Notes: generated from the letters alone by a model not told the origin. 64,000 bases of DNA from Pseudomonas aeruginosa PAO1 (GCF_000006765.1 NC_002516.2), one strand, 5' to 3'; positions 19,851 through 29,974 are shown, numbered from the stretch's first letter. Translations and numbers: made by a program.

Positions 19851-19884
19851 CGGCGGCCCCCGAAGGGACCGCAACCACTCGGGA

Positions 19885-20739
19885 TCAGTTCTGCCGGATA
19901 CCGGCCACCAGCCATGGCTGGTTCTCGCCCTGGGCGCGCTCCATCCGCCAGCTTTCGCTGAAGGCTTCGCCCTGGTCGAAGCGCGAGGTCTTCGACACAC
20001 CGCTGAAGGTCAGGGTGGCGATGGTCTTGTCGGCCTGGTCGTCGACGCCGTCCAGTTGCACGACCAGGTTGTCGATGTAGGTGGACTGGTAGGCGTCGCC
20101 GATCTCGGCGCGCTCCTGCTTCAGCCATTGCAACATCTGCGGGGTGACGAACTCGGCGATCTTGTCCATCTCGTTGGCATCCCAATGCTGCTGCAGGGAC
20201 ATGAAGTGTTCGCGAGCGGCACCGACGAAGCGCTCCTCGTTGAACCAGCTCGGCGCGTTGATCACCGGGCTCGGCGCAGCGGCAGCAGCGGCGGCGCCAC
20301 CGAAGATCGGCGCCTGGGCCGGCATTTCGCGCTGCATCGGCGCGTGCCCGGCCATCGCAGGCTGGCCCTGGTTCTGCTGGCGCCGGCGAGCGGCGATGAA
20401 GCGGAAGGCGATGAAGGCCACCAGGGCGATCAACAGGATGTCGAGCATCTGGATGCCCTCGAAGCCGTCGCCCATGAACATGGAAGCGAGCAGGCCGCCC
20501 GCGGCGATACCGGCCAGCGGGCCGAGCCAGCGCGAAGCACCGCTGGCGGCAGCGGCGGGACGAGCGGCGTTGGGGGCGGCAGCAGTGGCGTTCGGCGCAG
20601 TGGCCGGCTGCGCCTGGCGGGTCTGGTGGCTGGGTGCCGAGCCGAGGCTCTTGCCGCCGCCGAAGCGCTTGGCATTGGCATCCAGGCTGACGGTCAGCGC
20701 CAGGCAGAAGGCGAGGGCGATGCTGAGAACACGCTGCAT
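19885..20739 (-). CDS. Tim44-domain membrane protein
   Basis: Signal peptide, KRFGGGKSLG, Ala-rich linker, TM pair, C-terminal Tim44-like domain (FSESWRMER). Confidence 0.85.
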   Translation of the reverse strand: MQRVLSIALAFCLALTVSLDANAKRFGGGKSLGSAPSHQTRQAQPATAPNATAAAPNAARPAAAASGASRWLGPLAGIAAGGLLASMFMGDGFEGIQMLDILLIALVAFIAFRFIAARRRQQNQGQPAMAGHAPMQREMPAQAPIFGGAAAAAAAPSPVINAPSWFNEERFVGAAREHFMSLQQHWDANEMDKIAEFVTPQMLQWLKQERAEIGDAYQSTYIDNLVVQLDGVDDQADKTIATLTFSGVSKTSRFDQGEAFSESWRMERAQGENQPWLVAGIRQN

Positions 20740-21100
20740 TGTAGTCTTTCTCTCTTGGGGGAATCGACGCGCGCCATGTTGCGGCGGTACGGGCGACAGG
20801 ACCAGCCGGATTTTGTTTCGGGCTATTGCTCCCCGGCCGCCGTTTTTTCGCCCGCCGCGTCTGGCTCGCGGGTCGGCGCCAGGGTACACCTTCGTTGCCG
20901 GGGACGACAGGCATGCACGCGGATCGGCGCGCGAAGATCCGCCCGGCGACCCGGGAAGCACAACGCAGAGCCTCGCCGAAACGTCTGTTACAGTTTTTTT
21001 CAGCCCACCGATCAAGCACTTGCGGATGCTAGTCTGCGGGTCTGCGAGGCCGCCCGGTCGCCGCGTCTGCCGACCCATTCCCCGAGCGAGGACCGCCGCC

Positions 21101-22858
21101 ATGCATGCCGTCGATTTCATCCAGGACCTCGCCGTGATCATGCTGGTGGCGGGTGTGGTCACTATCCTCTTCCACCGCCTGCGCCAACCGGTGGTCCTCG
21201 GCTACATCGTCGCCGGCTTCATCATCGGCCCGCACACCCCGCCCTTCGGACTGATCCACGACGAAGACACGATCAAGACCCTGGCCGAACTCGGGGTGAT
21301 CTTCCTGATGTTCTGCCTCGGCCTGGAGTTCAGCCTGCGCAAGCTCTTCCAGGTCGGCGCCACGGCGTTCATCGCGGCGTTCCTGGAAATCGTCCTGATG
21401 ATCTGGATCGGCTTCGAGATCGGTCGCTTCTTCGAGTGGAGCACCATGGACTCGCTGTTCCTCGGCGCGATCCTGGCGATCTCCTCCACCACCATCATCG
21501 TCAAGGCGCTCGGCGACCTGAAGATGAAGAACGAGCGCTTCGCCCAACTGATCTTCGGCGTGCTGATCGTCGAGGACATCCTCGGCATCGGCATCATCGC
21601 CCTGCTGTCGGGAATCGCCGTGAGCGGTTCGGTGGAAACCGGCGAGGTGTTCTCCACGGTCGGCAAGCTCAGCCTGTTCATGATCGTCGCGCTGGTCGTC
21701 GGCATCCTCCTGGTGCCACGCCTGCTGGCCTACGTGGCGAAGTTCGAGAGCAACGAGATGCTGCTGGTCACCGTGCTCGGCCTGTGCTTCGGCTTCTGCC
21801 TGCTGGTGGTGAAGCTGGAATACAGCATGGTGCTCGGCGCCTTCCTGATCGGCGCGATCATGGCCGAGTCGCGCCAGTTGGTGCAGATCGAACGATTGAT
21901 CGAGCCGGTCCGTGACATGTTCAGTGCGATCTTCTTCGTCGCCATCGGCCTGCTGATCGACCCGAAGATCCTCGTCGAGTACGCCTGGCCGATCGCCCTG
22001 ATCACCGTCGCGGTAGTGCTCGGCAAGATGTTCTCCTGCGGCATGGGTGCGTTCATCGCCGGCAACGACGGACGCACTTCGCTGCGGGTCGGCATGGGCC
22101 TGTCGCAGATCGGCGAGTTCTCCTTCATCATCGCCGCCCTGGGCATGACTCTGAAAGTCACCAGCGACTTCCTCTACCCGGTGGCGGTAGCGGTCTCGGC
22201 CATCACCACCCTGCTCACCCCGTACCTGATCCGCGCCGCCGACCCGCTCTCGCAGCACCTGGCCAACGCCATGCCGCAGCGCATGGCGAGGATCTTCGGC
22301 CACTACGGCGACTGGCTGCGAAGCATCCAGCCGCAGGGCGACCGTGCGGTGCTGGCGGCGATGATCCGGCGCATCTTGCTGCAGGTCGGGGTGAACCTGG
22401 CGCTGGTGATCGCGATCTTCCTCGCCGGCGGTTATTTCGCCGATACGCTTTCCGCCTGGATGAGCCAGTGGGTCGCCTACGACGGGCTACACAAGGCATT
22501 GATCTGGGGCGGCGCGCTGCTGGTCTCGCTGGCCTTCCTGATCGCCGCGTACCGCAAGCTCAAGGCCCTGTCGATGCTGCTGGCCGAACTCGGGGTCAAG
22601 CCGGAGAAAGCCGGACGCCATACGGCGCGGGTACGTCGGGTGATCTCCGAGATAATCCCGCTGCTGTCGCTGGCCGGCATGATGGTGCTGCTGGCGGCGC
22701 TCAGCTCGAGCATCCTGCCGCCGGGCGAGTTGCTGGTCGTAGTGGTGCTGGTCGCCGGCCTGGTGATCGCAGTGCTCTGGCGCTGGCTGATCCGCGTGCA
22801 TTCGCGGATGCAGATCGCGCTGATGGAAACCCTCGACCAGGAAAAGGGCAGCCACTGA
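21101..22858 (+). CDS. CPA2 sodium/proton antiporter
   Basis: LAELGVIFLMFCLGLEF, SQIGEFSFII; start MHAVDF. Confidence 0.88.
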   Translation: MHAVDFIQDLAVIMLVAGVVTILFHRLRQPVVLGYIVAGFIIGPHTPPFGLIHDEDTIKTLAELGVIFLMFCLGLEFSLRKLFQVGATAFIAAFLEIVLMIWIGFEIGRFFEWSTMDSLFLGAILAISSTTIIVKALGDLKMKNERFAQLIFGVLIVEDILGIGIIALLSGIAVSGSVETGEVFSTVGKLSLFMIVALVVGILLVPRLLAYVAKFESNEMLLVTVLGLCFGFCLLVVKLEYSMVLGAFLIGAIMAESRQLVQIERLIEPVRDMFSAIFFVAIGLLIDPKILVEYAWPIALITVAVVLGKMFSCGMGAFIAGNDGRTSLRVGMGLSQIGEFSFIIAALGMTLKVTSDFLYPVAVAVSAITTLLTPYLIRAADPLSQHLANAMPQRMARIFGHYGDWLRSIQPQGDRAVLAAMIRRILLQVGVNLALVIAIFLAGGYFADTLSAWMSQWVAYDGLHKALIWGGALLVSLAFLIAAYRKLKALSMLLAELGVKPEKAGRHTARVRRVISEIIPLLSLAGMMVLLAALSSSILPPGELLVVVVLVAGLVIAVLWRWLIRVHSRMQIALMETLDQEKGSH

Positions 22859-22889
22859 GAGCCAAGCGATCCCGGCCTGCCGTCGAATC

Positions 22890-22918
22890 GGCGGATAACC
22901 ACGCTGCGGTTATTCGCC
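22890..22918. repeat. P. aeruginosa REP-like palindrome GGCGGATAAC-N-GTTATTCGCC
   Basis: Imperfect inverted repeat; second copy at 24684. Confidence 0.65.
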
Positions 22919-23066
22919 CTCGCCTGCACCTGGTGTCGCTATCGGACCCTTTGCCCTGAAGGATCGGCGGATTTCCGCTTATCCACACTCCCGGTCGGCG
23001 GACTCCCGCTCGGCCAAGACCACCCCGCTCCTCTTCCAACCCAGTCCCCACGCGGCTTTCCCGCGT

Positions 23067-23082
23067 TGGCACGGCACCTGCT
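23067..23082 (+). promoter_or_regulatory. Sigma54 (-24/-12) promoter of the dicarboxylate transporter
   Basis: TGGCACGGCACCTGCT with GG-N10-GC spacing, 92 bp upstream of ATG 23174. Confidence 0.75.
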
Positions 23083-23173
23083 ATCGAGCCATCCAATACG
23101 TCGCCCTCGCGATGTGCCGGTGTGCTGCGCCCTGATCAGCACATCCAAGACAACAACGAAAAGAGGAAACACG

Positions 23174-24481
23174 ATGGAAAGCGCCAACGCCATTTCCGCG
23201 TCTGCCCAGCCCCGCACCACTTCGCAACGCATCAAGTCGATCTTCAGCGGTTCCGTCGGCAACCTGGTCGAGTGGTACGACTGGTACGTCTACGCCGCCT
23301 TCTCGCTGTACTTCGCAAAGGCATTCTTCCCCCAGGGCGACATGACCGCCCAACTGCTGAACACCGCAGCTATCTTCGCCGTGGGCTTCCTGATGCGCCC
23401 GATCGGTGGCTGGCTGATGGGTATCTATGCCGACCGCAAGGGCCGCAAGGCGGCGTTGCTGGCCTCGGTGCTGCTGATGTGCTTTGGCTCGCTGATCATC
23501 GCCCTGACCCCCAGCTATGAAACCATCGGCGTCGCCGCGCCGATCCTGCTGGTGGTCGCGCGCCTGCTCCAGGGCCTGTCGGTCGGCGGCGAATACGGCA
23601 CCTCCGCCACCTACCTGAGCGAGATGGCGAACAAGGAACAGCGCGGGTTCTTCTCCAGCTTCCAGTACGTGACCCTGATTTCCGGCCAGCTCATCGCCCT
23701 GGCGGTGCTGATCGTCCTGCAACAGACCCTGACCGTAGAACAACTGGAAAGCTGGGGCTGGCGCGTCCCCTTCTTCATCGGCGCGCTGTGCGCAGTGGTG
23801 GCGATGTTCCTGCGTCGCGGCATGGAAGAGACCGAGTCCTTCTCGAAGAAGAAGGAAGAGCCGAAGGAAAGCCTGCTGCGCACCCTGCTGCGCCACCCGA
23901 AGGAAGTGCTGACCGTGGTCGGCCTGACCATGGGCGGCACCCTGGCCTTCTACACCTACACCACCTACATGCAGAAGTACCTGGTGAACACGGTAGGCAT
24001 GAGCAAGACCGATTCGACCATGATCTCGGCTGCCACCCTGTTCCTCTTCATGCTGCTGCAGCCCATCGTCGGCGCCCTCTCCGACAAGATCGGCCGGCGG
24101 CCGATCCTGATCGCCTTCGGCGTACTCGGCACCGTCTTCACCTACCCGATCCTCAGCACCCTGCACAGCGTCGACAGCTGGTGGGGAGCGTTCTTCCTGA
24201 TCATGGCGGCGCTGGTGATCGTCAGCGGCTACACCTCGATCAATGCGGTGGTGAAGGCCGAACTGTTCCCCACCGAGATCCGCGCCCTGGGCGTCGGCCT
24301 GCCGTATGCCCTGACCGTGTCGATCTTCGGCGGCACCGCCGAATACGTTGCCTTGTGGTTCAAGAGCGTCGGCCTGGAGAGCGGCTTCTACTGGTACGTC
24401 ACCGCCTGTATCGCCTGCTCGCTGCTGGTCTATGTGTTCATGAAGGACACCCAGAAGCACTCGAAGATCACGACCGATTGA
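23174..24481 (+). CDS. kgtP: MFS alpha-ketoglutarate/dicarboxylate transporter (MHS family)
   Basis: GNLVEWYDW, RLLQGLSVGGEYG, AELFPTEIR. Confidence 0.9.
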   Translation: MESANAISASAQPRTTSQRIKSIFSGSVGNLVEWYDWYVYAAFSLYFAKAFFPQGDMTAQLLNTAAIFAVGFLMRPIGGWLMGIYADRKGRKAALLASVLLMCFGSLIIALTPSYETIGVAAPILLVVARLLQGLSVGGEYGTSATYLSEMANKEQRGFFSSFQYVTLISGQLIALAVLIVLQQTLTVEQLESWGWRVPFFIGALCAVVAMFLRRGMEETESFSKKKEEPKESLLRTLLRHPKEVLTVVGLTMGGTLAFYTYTTYMQKYLVNTVGMSKTDSTMISAATLFLFMLLQPIVGALSDKIGRRPILIAFGVLGTVFTYPILSTLHSVDSWWGAFFLIMAALVIVSGYTSINAVVKAELFPTEIRALGVGLPYALTVSIFGGTAEYVALWFKSVGLESGFYWYVTACIACSLLVYVFMKDTQKHSKITTD

Positions 24482-24529
24482 TTGAGCCTCGTGCTCACGG
24501 CCCCGACACACTCCGGGCCTTTTTATCCA

Positions 24530-24565
24530 CAGGACGGCGACCTTCGGGTCGCCGTCCTGCTTTTT
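24530..24565 (+). terminator. Strong intrinsic terminator (13-bp stem, UUCG loop), preceded by a weaker one at about 24499-24524
   Basis: CAGGACGGCGACC-TTCG-GGTCGCCGTCCTG-CTTTTT. Confidence 0.75.
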
Positions 24566-24683
24566 GGCGCGGCAACCGATTTCCCCACACCCGCCGGCTG
24601 TTGGTCCACGGCACGGCATCCCGACCGGAACCCTAGGGCGCGCAACGCCGGCGGAGTAATCCGCCGGTGCCCCTGCGTTCCAC

Positions 24684-24711
24684 GGCGGATAACCGCAAGC
24701 GGTTATTCACC
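24684..24711. repeat. REP-like palindrome, copy 2
   Basis: GGCGGATAACCGCAAGCGGTTATTCACC. Confidence 0.65.
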
Positions 24712-24846
24712 CTGCGGCTCGTCATTCCGGCGGGGCTGGAACCTTGGCGCGTAAACGCCGATCTCCTCGCGTTCCCACGGCGGAACAGCGCAAGGGGCCT
24801 GCCGTCCCCAGGCAGCGAGGCCCCGTCTGCGAGACCTACCGGGAAT

Positions 24847-24873
24847 AAAAAAACCGCGCTCGAAGGCGCGGCT
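24847..24873 (-). terminator. tonB1 terminator
   Basis: CCGCGC-N6-GCGCGG stem with A7 on + strand. Confidence 0.7.
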
Positions 24874-24896
24874 CTTTTCGTTGTCGGCGAACCGCC

Positions 24897-25925
24897 TCAG
24901 CGGCGCTTCTCGATCTTGAAGAAGAACATCTTGGTCGCCTGGCGGGCGACGATCTTGCCACCGCTGACACGCGGCTCGAAACGCCACTTGGCCATGGCCT
25001 GGCGCACTTCGCGGTCGAACATGCGCGACGGCACCGACTCCAGCACCTGGATGTCGTCAATGCGGCCATCGCTGGTGATGGTGAACAGCACCTTCACCCG
25101 GCCTTCGATACCCCGCGCCTGGGCCATCCGCGGATAGACCGGAGGATCCATGCGCAGCGGCTTGATGTCGCTGTCGTTGAGGCTGCCGCTGGGCAGGCCG
25201 GCCGGGCCTTGCGAGCCGCTGGGCGCAGTCTGCGCGCCGGGCGTGCTCTGCCCGACGGTAGGCGCGGGCGGCGGCGCGGCGCTGGACGGGCTGGGCTGGC
25301 TGGATGCTTCCGTGCTCGGCTCGGGTTCCGGCTTGGGTTTGGGTTCCGGCTTCGGCTTGGCCTTGGGAATGGCGTTTTCCACCGGTTTGGGCTTGGGTTT
25401 CGGCTTGGGCTTGGGTTTTTCCACCGGCTTCGGCTTCGGCGGCTCCGGCTTGGGTTCCTCGATCTTCGGCGGCGTCGGTTCCGGCGCGGCAGCCGGCGGC
25501 TGCGGGGTCGGCTCGGCCTTCTTCTCGAGCTGGACGAAATTCACCTGCATGGTCTTCGGCAGTTCGCCGTGGCCAAGGTTGAGTTCGGCCGGGGTCGGCA
25601 TCACCCACACCAGCGCACCGATGATCGCCACATGCATCGCCACCGCTGCGCCGGAGGACAACCACCAGCGCGACTTGGGCGGCTCGCCGGGGACGTCTTC
25701 GGGATCGCTGCCGTGGGCGTAGGGGATCAGCACTTCCTCGACCGCCACTTCCTCGTCGCGGCGCGCACCGGAGCAGTCCACCACGCGCAGGTTGGGCTCT
25801 CCGCGCTGGGCATTCACGCATGGCAGGGACTCGCTTTCGTCTCCCTGGGCGGGAGCGGTGGGGTGGTCTTCGGCGAGCGCGGCCAGCGAAAAACGGTCAG
25901 GCGACCGTGAAGGCTGTGGCGACAT
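24897..25925 (-). CDS. tonB1: TonB1 energy transducer with N-terminal cytoplasmic extension
   Basis: TM helix with SxxxxxxH, EP/KP repeats, PVYPRMA C-domain. Confidence 0.95.
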   Translation of the reverse strand: MSPQPSRSPDRFSLAALAEDHPTAPAQGDESESLPCVNAQRGEPNLRVVDCSGARRDEEVAVEEVLIPYAHGSDPEDVPGEPPKSRWWLSSGAAVAMHVAIIGALVWVMPTPAELNLGHGELPKTMQVNFVQLEKKAEPTPQPPAAAPEPTPPKIEEPKPEPPKPKPVEKPKPKPKPKPKPVENAIPKAKPKPEPKPKPEPEPSTEASSQPSPSSAAPPPAPTVGQSTPGAQTAPSGSQGPAGLPSGSLNDSDIKPLRMDPPVYPRMAQARGIEGRVKVLFTITSDGRIDDIQVLESVPSRMFDREVRQAMAKWRFEPRVSGGKIVARQATKMFFFKIEKRR

Positions 25926-25970
25926 GAGGGCGACCTGCGGAGAAGTGAAAGGTAAGGAAGTAGAGTCTTC

Positions 25971-25985
25971 TGATAATTATTATCA
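25971..25985. promoter_or_regulatory. Fur box upstream of tonB1
   Basis: Perfect 7-1-7 palindrome TGATAAT-T-ATTATCA. Confidence 0.85.
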
Positions 25986-26017
25986 TTCAGTCGCGTCCTC
26001 AGGGCAACCTTGGCGGA

Positions 26018-26979
26018 TCATTCCGCGACCATCCGACACGCCAGGAACGCCTCTTCGAGCGCCTCTTCATCCGCGCCTGCGGCGAGGATCAGTTCCAGCC
26101 GATTATCCCGCCGCCACGAGGACTTGCCCCAGTTATCCACAAACGGCGCGGCATTCGCTGCATACCAACCGTCCGCGCAATGCAGCACCGCCTTGGCTCG
26201 CCGCAGTCCGGACAGACGGTTCAGCCAGGCGTCCACTGCGGCCCGATCGAAACGCACCGACGGCGCCAGCCGATGGCGAACTGGCCGTCCTGCTCGCGCA
26301 CGGCGCGCAGCGGTCGCTCGGCAAGCAGCACCGTTCCCAACTGAGCAGGCGCCTCCGGCAGGGCCGCCCAGGTCGTCGCGCTACCTTCCCCGGCAACGCT
26401 GGTCGGCAGATCGCGCAATGCCAGGTGACCGCGCACGCTCCAGCGCAACGGCAGGACCGGCAGGCGCGCACGCACGGCGCAGCGCTGCGTCGCGTCGAGC
26501 GTTTCGGATTTGTTCAGCAGCAACATGCCGGCCGCTTCCAGCGCCTGTTCCTGTGCCTCCGGCAGCGGTTGGCCGGAGGCCAGCGCGGCGGCATCCAGCA
26601 CCACTACCAGGGGTTGCAGGGCCAGGACGCCGGACCAGGGAGGAGCCTGCAGCTGTTTCCACAGCGCCTGCGGATGTCCCAACCCGGATGGTTCGATGAA
26701 CAGCCGGTCCGGCCGTGCCCGACGCAACAAGCGACCGAGCCCCACCTGGAACGGCACGCCATTGACGCAGCAGAGGCACCCGCCCGCCACCTCGCCGATG
26801 GCCACGCCGTCGACGTCCGTGGCCAGCAGCGCGGCATCCAGGCCGATCTCGCCGAACTCGTTGACCAGCACCGCCCAGCGCTCGCCCGCCGGCTTCTGCG
26901 CCAGCAGCGAGCGGATCAGGCTGGTCTTGCCGGCCCCCAGGGGGCCGCCGATCAGGTGTGTGGGTATCTCTCGAAGCAT
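26018..26979 (-). pseudogene. COG0523/CobW-family GTPase split by a frameshift near 26262-26266
   Basis: GPLGAGKT, GCLCC, EPSG in the 26221-26979 ORF; C-domain (RAKAVLH...NRLELI) continues in another frame 26018-26257; total 962 bp. Confidence 0.75.
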
Positions 26980-27081
26980 CTGCGCAACCGGAATGTGAAA
27001 GCCTGTGGATCAATGCGGTCCTTGCCTGCGGGGAGCCAGGCCCCGTGCTAGAGTCGCGCCCGTCTGCAATGGAGTCCTCGC

Positions 27082-27450
27082 ATGCGTCCGTTCCTGTTCT
27101 TCCTGTCCTGCCTGCCGGGCCTGGCCCTGGCCGAAGCCTGCATCGTCCATAGCCAGGCGAAGAATCTCGACGTGAAGGTCTGCCAGCAGAACCGCAGCAT
27201 CCCGGCCAAGCTGTTCCGCGAAGGCTTCTGCCAGCCACAACTGCAGGGCCAGAAGGTCGAGGTGACGTTCGCCGAGGAATGTCCGACGGGCGCCTTCGGT
27301 GTCTGCCGCGACGCCAGGGTACCCAACGCGCCCTATCGGCAGGACATCTTCTACTACGGCATCGCGACCGACGCACGCTACCTGGAGCCGTTCTGCGCCA
27401 GCCAGAGCCAAGGTCGCTGGGAAGAGCCTAGCGCCGCGAAAAAGCCCTGA
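27082..27450 (+). CDS. Small secreted Cys-rich hypothetical protein
   Basis: Signal peptide (ALA-EA), six Cys in the mature part, GGAG RBS. Confidence 0.75.
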   Translation: MRPFLFFLSCLPGLALAEACIVHSQAKNLDVKVCQQNRSIPAKLFREGFCQPQLQGQKVEVTFAEECPTGAFGVCRDARVPNAPYRQDIFYYGIATDARYLEPFCASQSQGRWEEPSAAKKP

Positions 27451-27548
27451 GCGCGTCATCAGCCTGTCACAGCGTCAGGGCTAAATGGGAGTCGGGTACC
27501 TCAGCACCCTTCGTCCCCATCCCCAAGGTAGGACGACTTTTTGGTGAT

Positions 27549-27574
27549 AGGCCATCTGCGGATGGCCTTTTTTT
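27549..27574 (+). terminator. Intrinsic terminator
   Basis: AGGCCATC-TGCG-GATGGCCT followed by a T-run. Confidence 0.8.
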
Positions 27575-27602
27575 ATTCCTCGAAAGACACTTGTCCACAG
27601 GC

Positions 27603-28244
27603 TCAGGCAAGCCAGTCCAGGGTCAACAGCAGGCGCGCCAGCCCAGGCTCCGCTCGCGGCGAGCGATGCACCAGCCCGGCACCTTCGTTACCCTCCCAGC
27701 GTTCGCCCTTGAGCAGCGCCACGTCGCCCGTGGACAAGCTGTGGATAAGCTGTTCGTCGACAACTTCGGCCTGCGCTCCGCCAAGCAGCCGACGGTCCAG
27801 GCCGGACTCGTCCAGCCATTCGCTGGCGGCGCCCTGGTAGGTGGTGACCAGCCGCAGCGGCACGTGGTCGACGTGGAAACGCGGGCACATCGGTTTATCC
27901 AGAACGCGCAGGCGCAGGCCGATACGCCGCGCCCCGGTCAGGCAGGAGAAGGCCTCGACCAGCCAGCCCAGGTCGTCGAGGAAATCGGTTTGTCCCGGCA
28001 GTTGCTGCGCGTCGAGCAGGCCGTCCAAGACGGGTAGCCGTTCCTCTTCCATCTCCAGCGTCTGGCTCAGCGCCAGTCCCGGCCGGTTGCGCACCAGGGC
28101 GGCGGCGAAGTCGCGCAGCGCCGGGCTCAACCGGCGTGTCCAGACCGCCAGGTTGACGCCCTCGCGAAGCACCTCGGCCAGCACCTGGGGGTCGTCATCG
28201 AACGCCTGGCGCGGCAACGGTTTTTCCTGCGGCAGTGCGCTCAT
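27603..28244 (-). CDS. DUF1826 family protein
   Basis: [32 protein letters not shown]. Confidence 0.85.
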   Translation of the reverse strand: MSALPQEKPLPRQAFDDDPQVLAEVLREGVNLAVWTRRLSPALRDFAAALVRNRPGLALSQTLEMEEERLPVLDGLLDAQQLPGQTDFLDDLGWLVEAFSCLTGARRIGLRLRVLDKPMCPRFHVDHVPLRLVTTYQGAASEWLDESGLDRRLLGGAQAEVVDEQLIHSLSTGDVALLKGERWEGNEGAGLVHRSPRAEPGLARLLLTLDWLA

Positions 28245-29443
28245 GCGGCGTGCCCCCAGTCCTCGAAGGGGTCGTCCAGGCCCTGCCAGCCGGGGATGCC
28301 CAGGTTCATCTCGGCGTCATCCAGCAGGCAGGCGTCCAGGGCTGCGCGCAGGGCCGCGAAGTCCAGGTTCTGACCGATGAAAACCAGCTCCTGGCGACAG
28401 TCGCCGACGCCTTCCTCCCAGTGCCGCATGATCGCCCGCAGGCCCTCTTCGTCCTGTGGCCACTGTCCGGTCGGCACGAATCGCCACCAGCGGCCCGCCA
28501 GACCGTAGCGCATCAGGCCGCCGGCCTGCGACCAGCTGCCGGCCTCGCGGGGCCGGCTGGCGAGCCAGAAGAAGCCCTTGGAGCGCAGCAGCCGCCCCTG
28601 CTTCAGCGGATTGTGCAGGAAGGCGTGGAAGCGCGCGGGGTGGAACGGCCGGCGCGCCCGGTAGGCCATGGAGGCGATGCCATATTCCTCGGTTTCCGGC
28701 AGGTGCTCGCCGCGCAGTTCCTTCAGCCAGCCCGGCGCGGACGCCGCGCGATCGAAATCGAAGCGACCGGTATCGAGGATCTTCGCCAGCGGCACCTGAC
28801 CCATCACCATCGGCAGGATCTCCGCCTCGGCATTGAGCTGGCGCAGGATCGCCAGCAGTTCCTCGCGCTGCTCGCTGGAGATCAGGTCGATCTTGCTGAC
28901 CAGGATCACGTCGGCGAATTCGACCTGGTCGATCAGCAGGTCGGTGATCGAGCGCTGATCCTCCTCACCGAGGGTTTCGCCACGACTGGCCAGGCTGGCG
29001 GCCTCCTGGTAGTCGCGGAGAAAATTCATCCCGTCGACCACCGTGACCATGGTATCCAGTCGCGCCACGTCGGACAGGCTGCGGTCCAGCTCGTCGCGGA
29101 AGGTGAAGGTCTCGGCCACCGGCATCGGTTCGGAAATCCCGGTGGACTCAATCAGCAGGTAGTCGAAGCGGCCTTCCCGGGCGAGACGGCCGACCTCTTC
29201 CAGCAGGTCTTCGCGCAGGGTGCAGCAGATACAGCCGTTGCTCATCTCCACCAGGCGTTCTTCAGCGCGGTTCAGGCTGACATCGCGCTGGACCTCGCTG
29301 CCATCGATATTGATTTCGCTCATATCGTTGACGATCACCGCAACCCGTCGGTTCTCGCGGTTCTTCAGCACATGGTTGAGCAGCGTGCTCTTGCCGGCGC
29401 CGAGAAAGCCGGACAGCACGGTGACAGGTAGGCGTTGGTTCAC
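28241..29443 (-). CDS. zigA: COG0523 zinc metallochaperone GTPase
   Basis: [27 protein letters not shown]; GTG start. Confidence 0.9.
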   Translation of the reverse strand: MNQRLPVTVLSGFLGAGKSTLLNHVLKNRENRRVAVIVNDMSEINIDGSEVQRDVSLNRAEERLVEMSNGCICCTLREDLLEEVGRLAREGRFDYLLIESTGISEPMPVAETFTFRDELDRSLSDVARLDTMVTVVDGMNFLRDYQEAASLASRGETLGEEDQRSITDLLIDQVEFADVILVSKIDLISSEQREELLAILRQLNAEAEILPMVMGQVPLAKILDTGRFDFDRAASAPGWLKELRGEHLPETEEYGIASMAYRARRPFHPARFHAFLHNPLKQGRLLRSKGFFWLASRPREAGSWSQAGGLMRYGLAGRWWRFVPTGQWPQDEEGLRAIMRHWEEGVGDCRQELVFIGQNLDFAALRAALDACLLDDAEMNLGIPGWQGLDDPFEDWGHAA

Positions 29444-29457
29444 GGTTGGTAACCTCT

Positions 29458-29862
29458 TCAGTTGTGCCGCACGTGGCGTTCGCGCTTCTCCTGGCGCTCT
29501 TTCGCCTCGATGCAGAGGGTGGCGGTGGGACGCAACAGCAGGCGGCGCAGGCCGATCGGCTCGCCGGTTTCCTGGCACCAGCCGTAGTCGCCGCGGGCCA
29601 GGCGCTCCAGCGCTTCGTCGATCTTGTCGAGCAGCTTCTTCTCCCGCTCCAGCAGGCGAAGTTGCCATTGCCGCTGTTCCTCGCGGGAAGCCAGGTCGGC
29701 CTCGTCGCTGGGGCGTTCGAGATCGCGCAGCTCGCCGAATTCGCCTTCGATGCGCGCCTGAAGTTCCTGTCGCTGACGCAGCAGCAGGTCGCGGAAGAAG
29801 TCCTGCTGGGCTTCGTCCATGTAGGCAGCGTCGGGCTGGGCAAGCAGTTCCTGTTCGGTCAT
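29458..29862 (-). CDS. dksA2: Zn-independent DksA paralog
   Basis: DEADLAS coiled-coil tip; zinc finger degenerate (CxxT...CxxA). Confidence 0.92.
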   Translation of the reverse strand: MTEQELLAQPDAAYMDEAQQDFFRDLLLRQRQELQARIEGEFGELRDLERPSDEADLASREEQRQWQLRLLEREKKLLDKIDEALERLARGDYGWCQETGEPIGLRRLLLRPTATLCIEAKERQEKRERHVRHN

Positions 29863-29886
29863 GGGCTGAACCTGGGAAATTTAAAA

Positions 29887-29901
29887 CGTTATACTATAAC
29901 A
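29887..29901. promoter_or_regulatory. Zur box
   Basis: CGTTATACTATAACA palindrome between dksA2 and the divergent ORF. Confidence 0.85.
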
Positions 29902-29974
29902 ATTAACACCACAATCGATGGCCCGCCAATCGCCTTCCGGCTACCCTGGGCCCACGTCATCCCGGGATCCACCG

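Noticed and set aside
19885-22858. 425-aa and 904-aa ORF calls
   Set aside because: Upstream extensions overlap the divergent genes; the real starts are 20739 (-) and 21101 (+).
25320-25520. Tandem repeat-like DNA in tonB1
   Set aside because: Simply encodes the Lys-Pro/Glu-Pro spacer; not a CRISPR array or VNTR.
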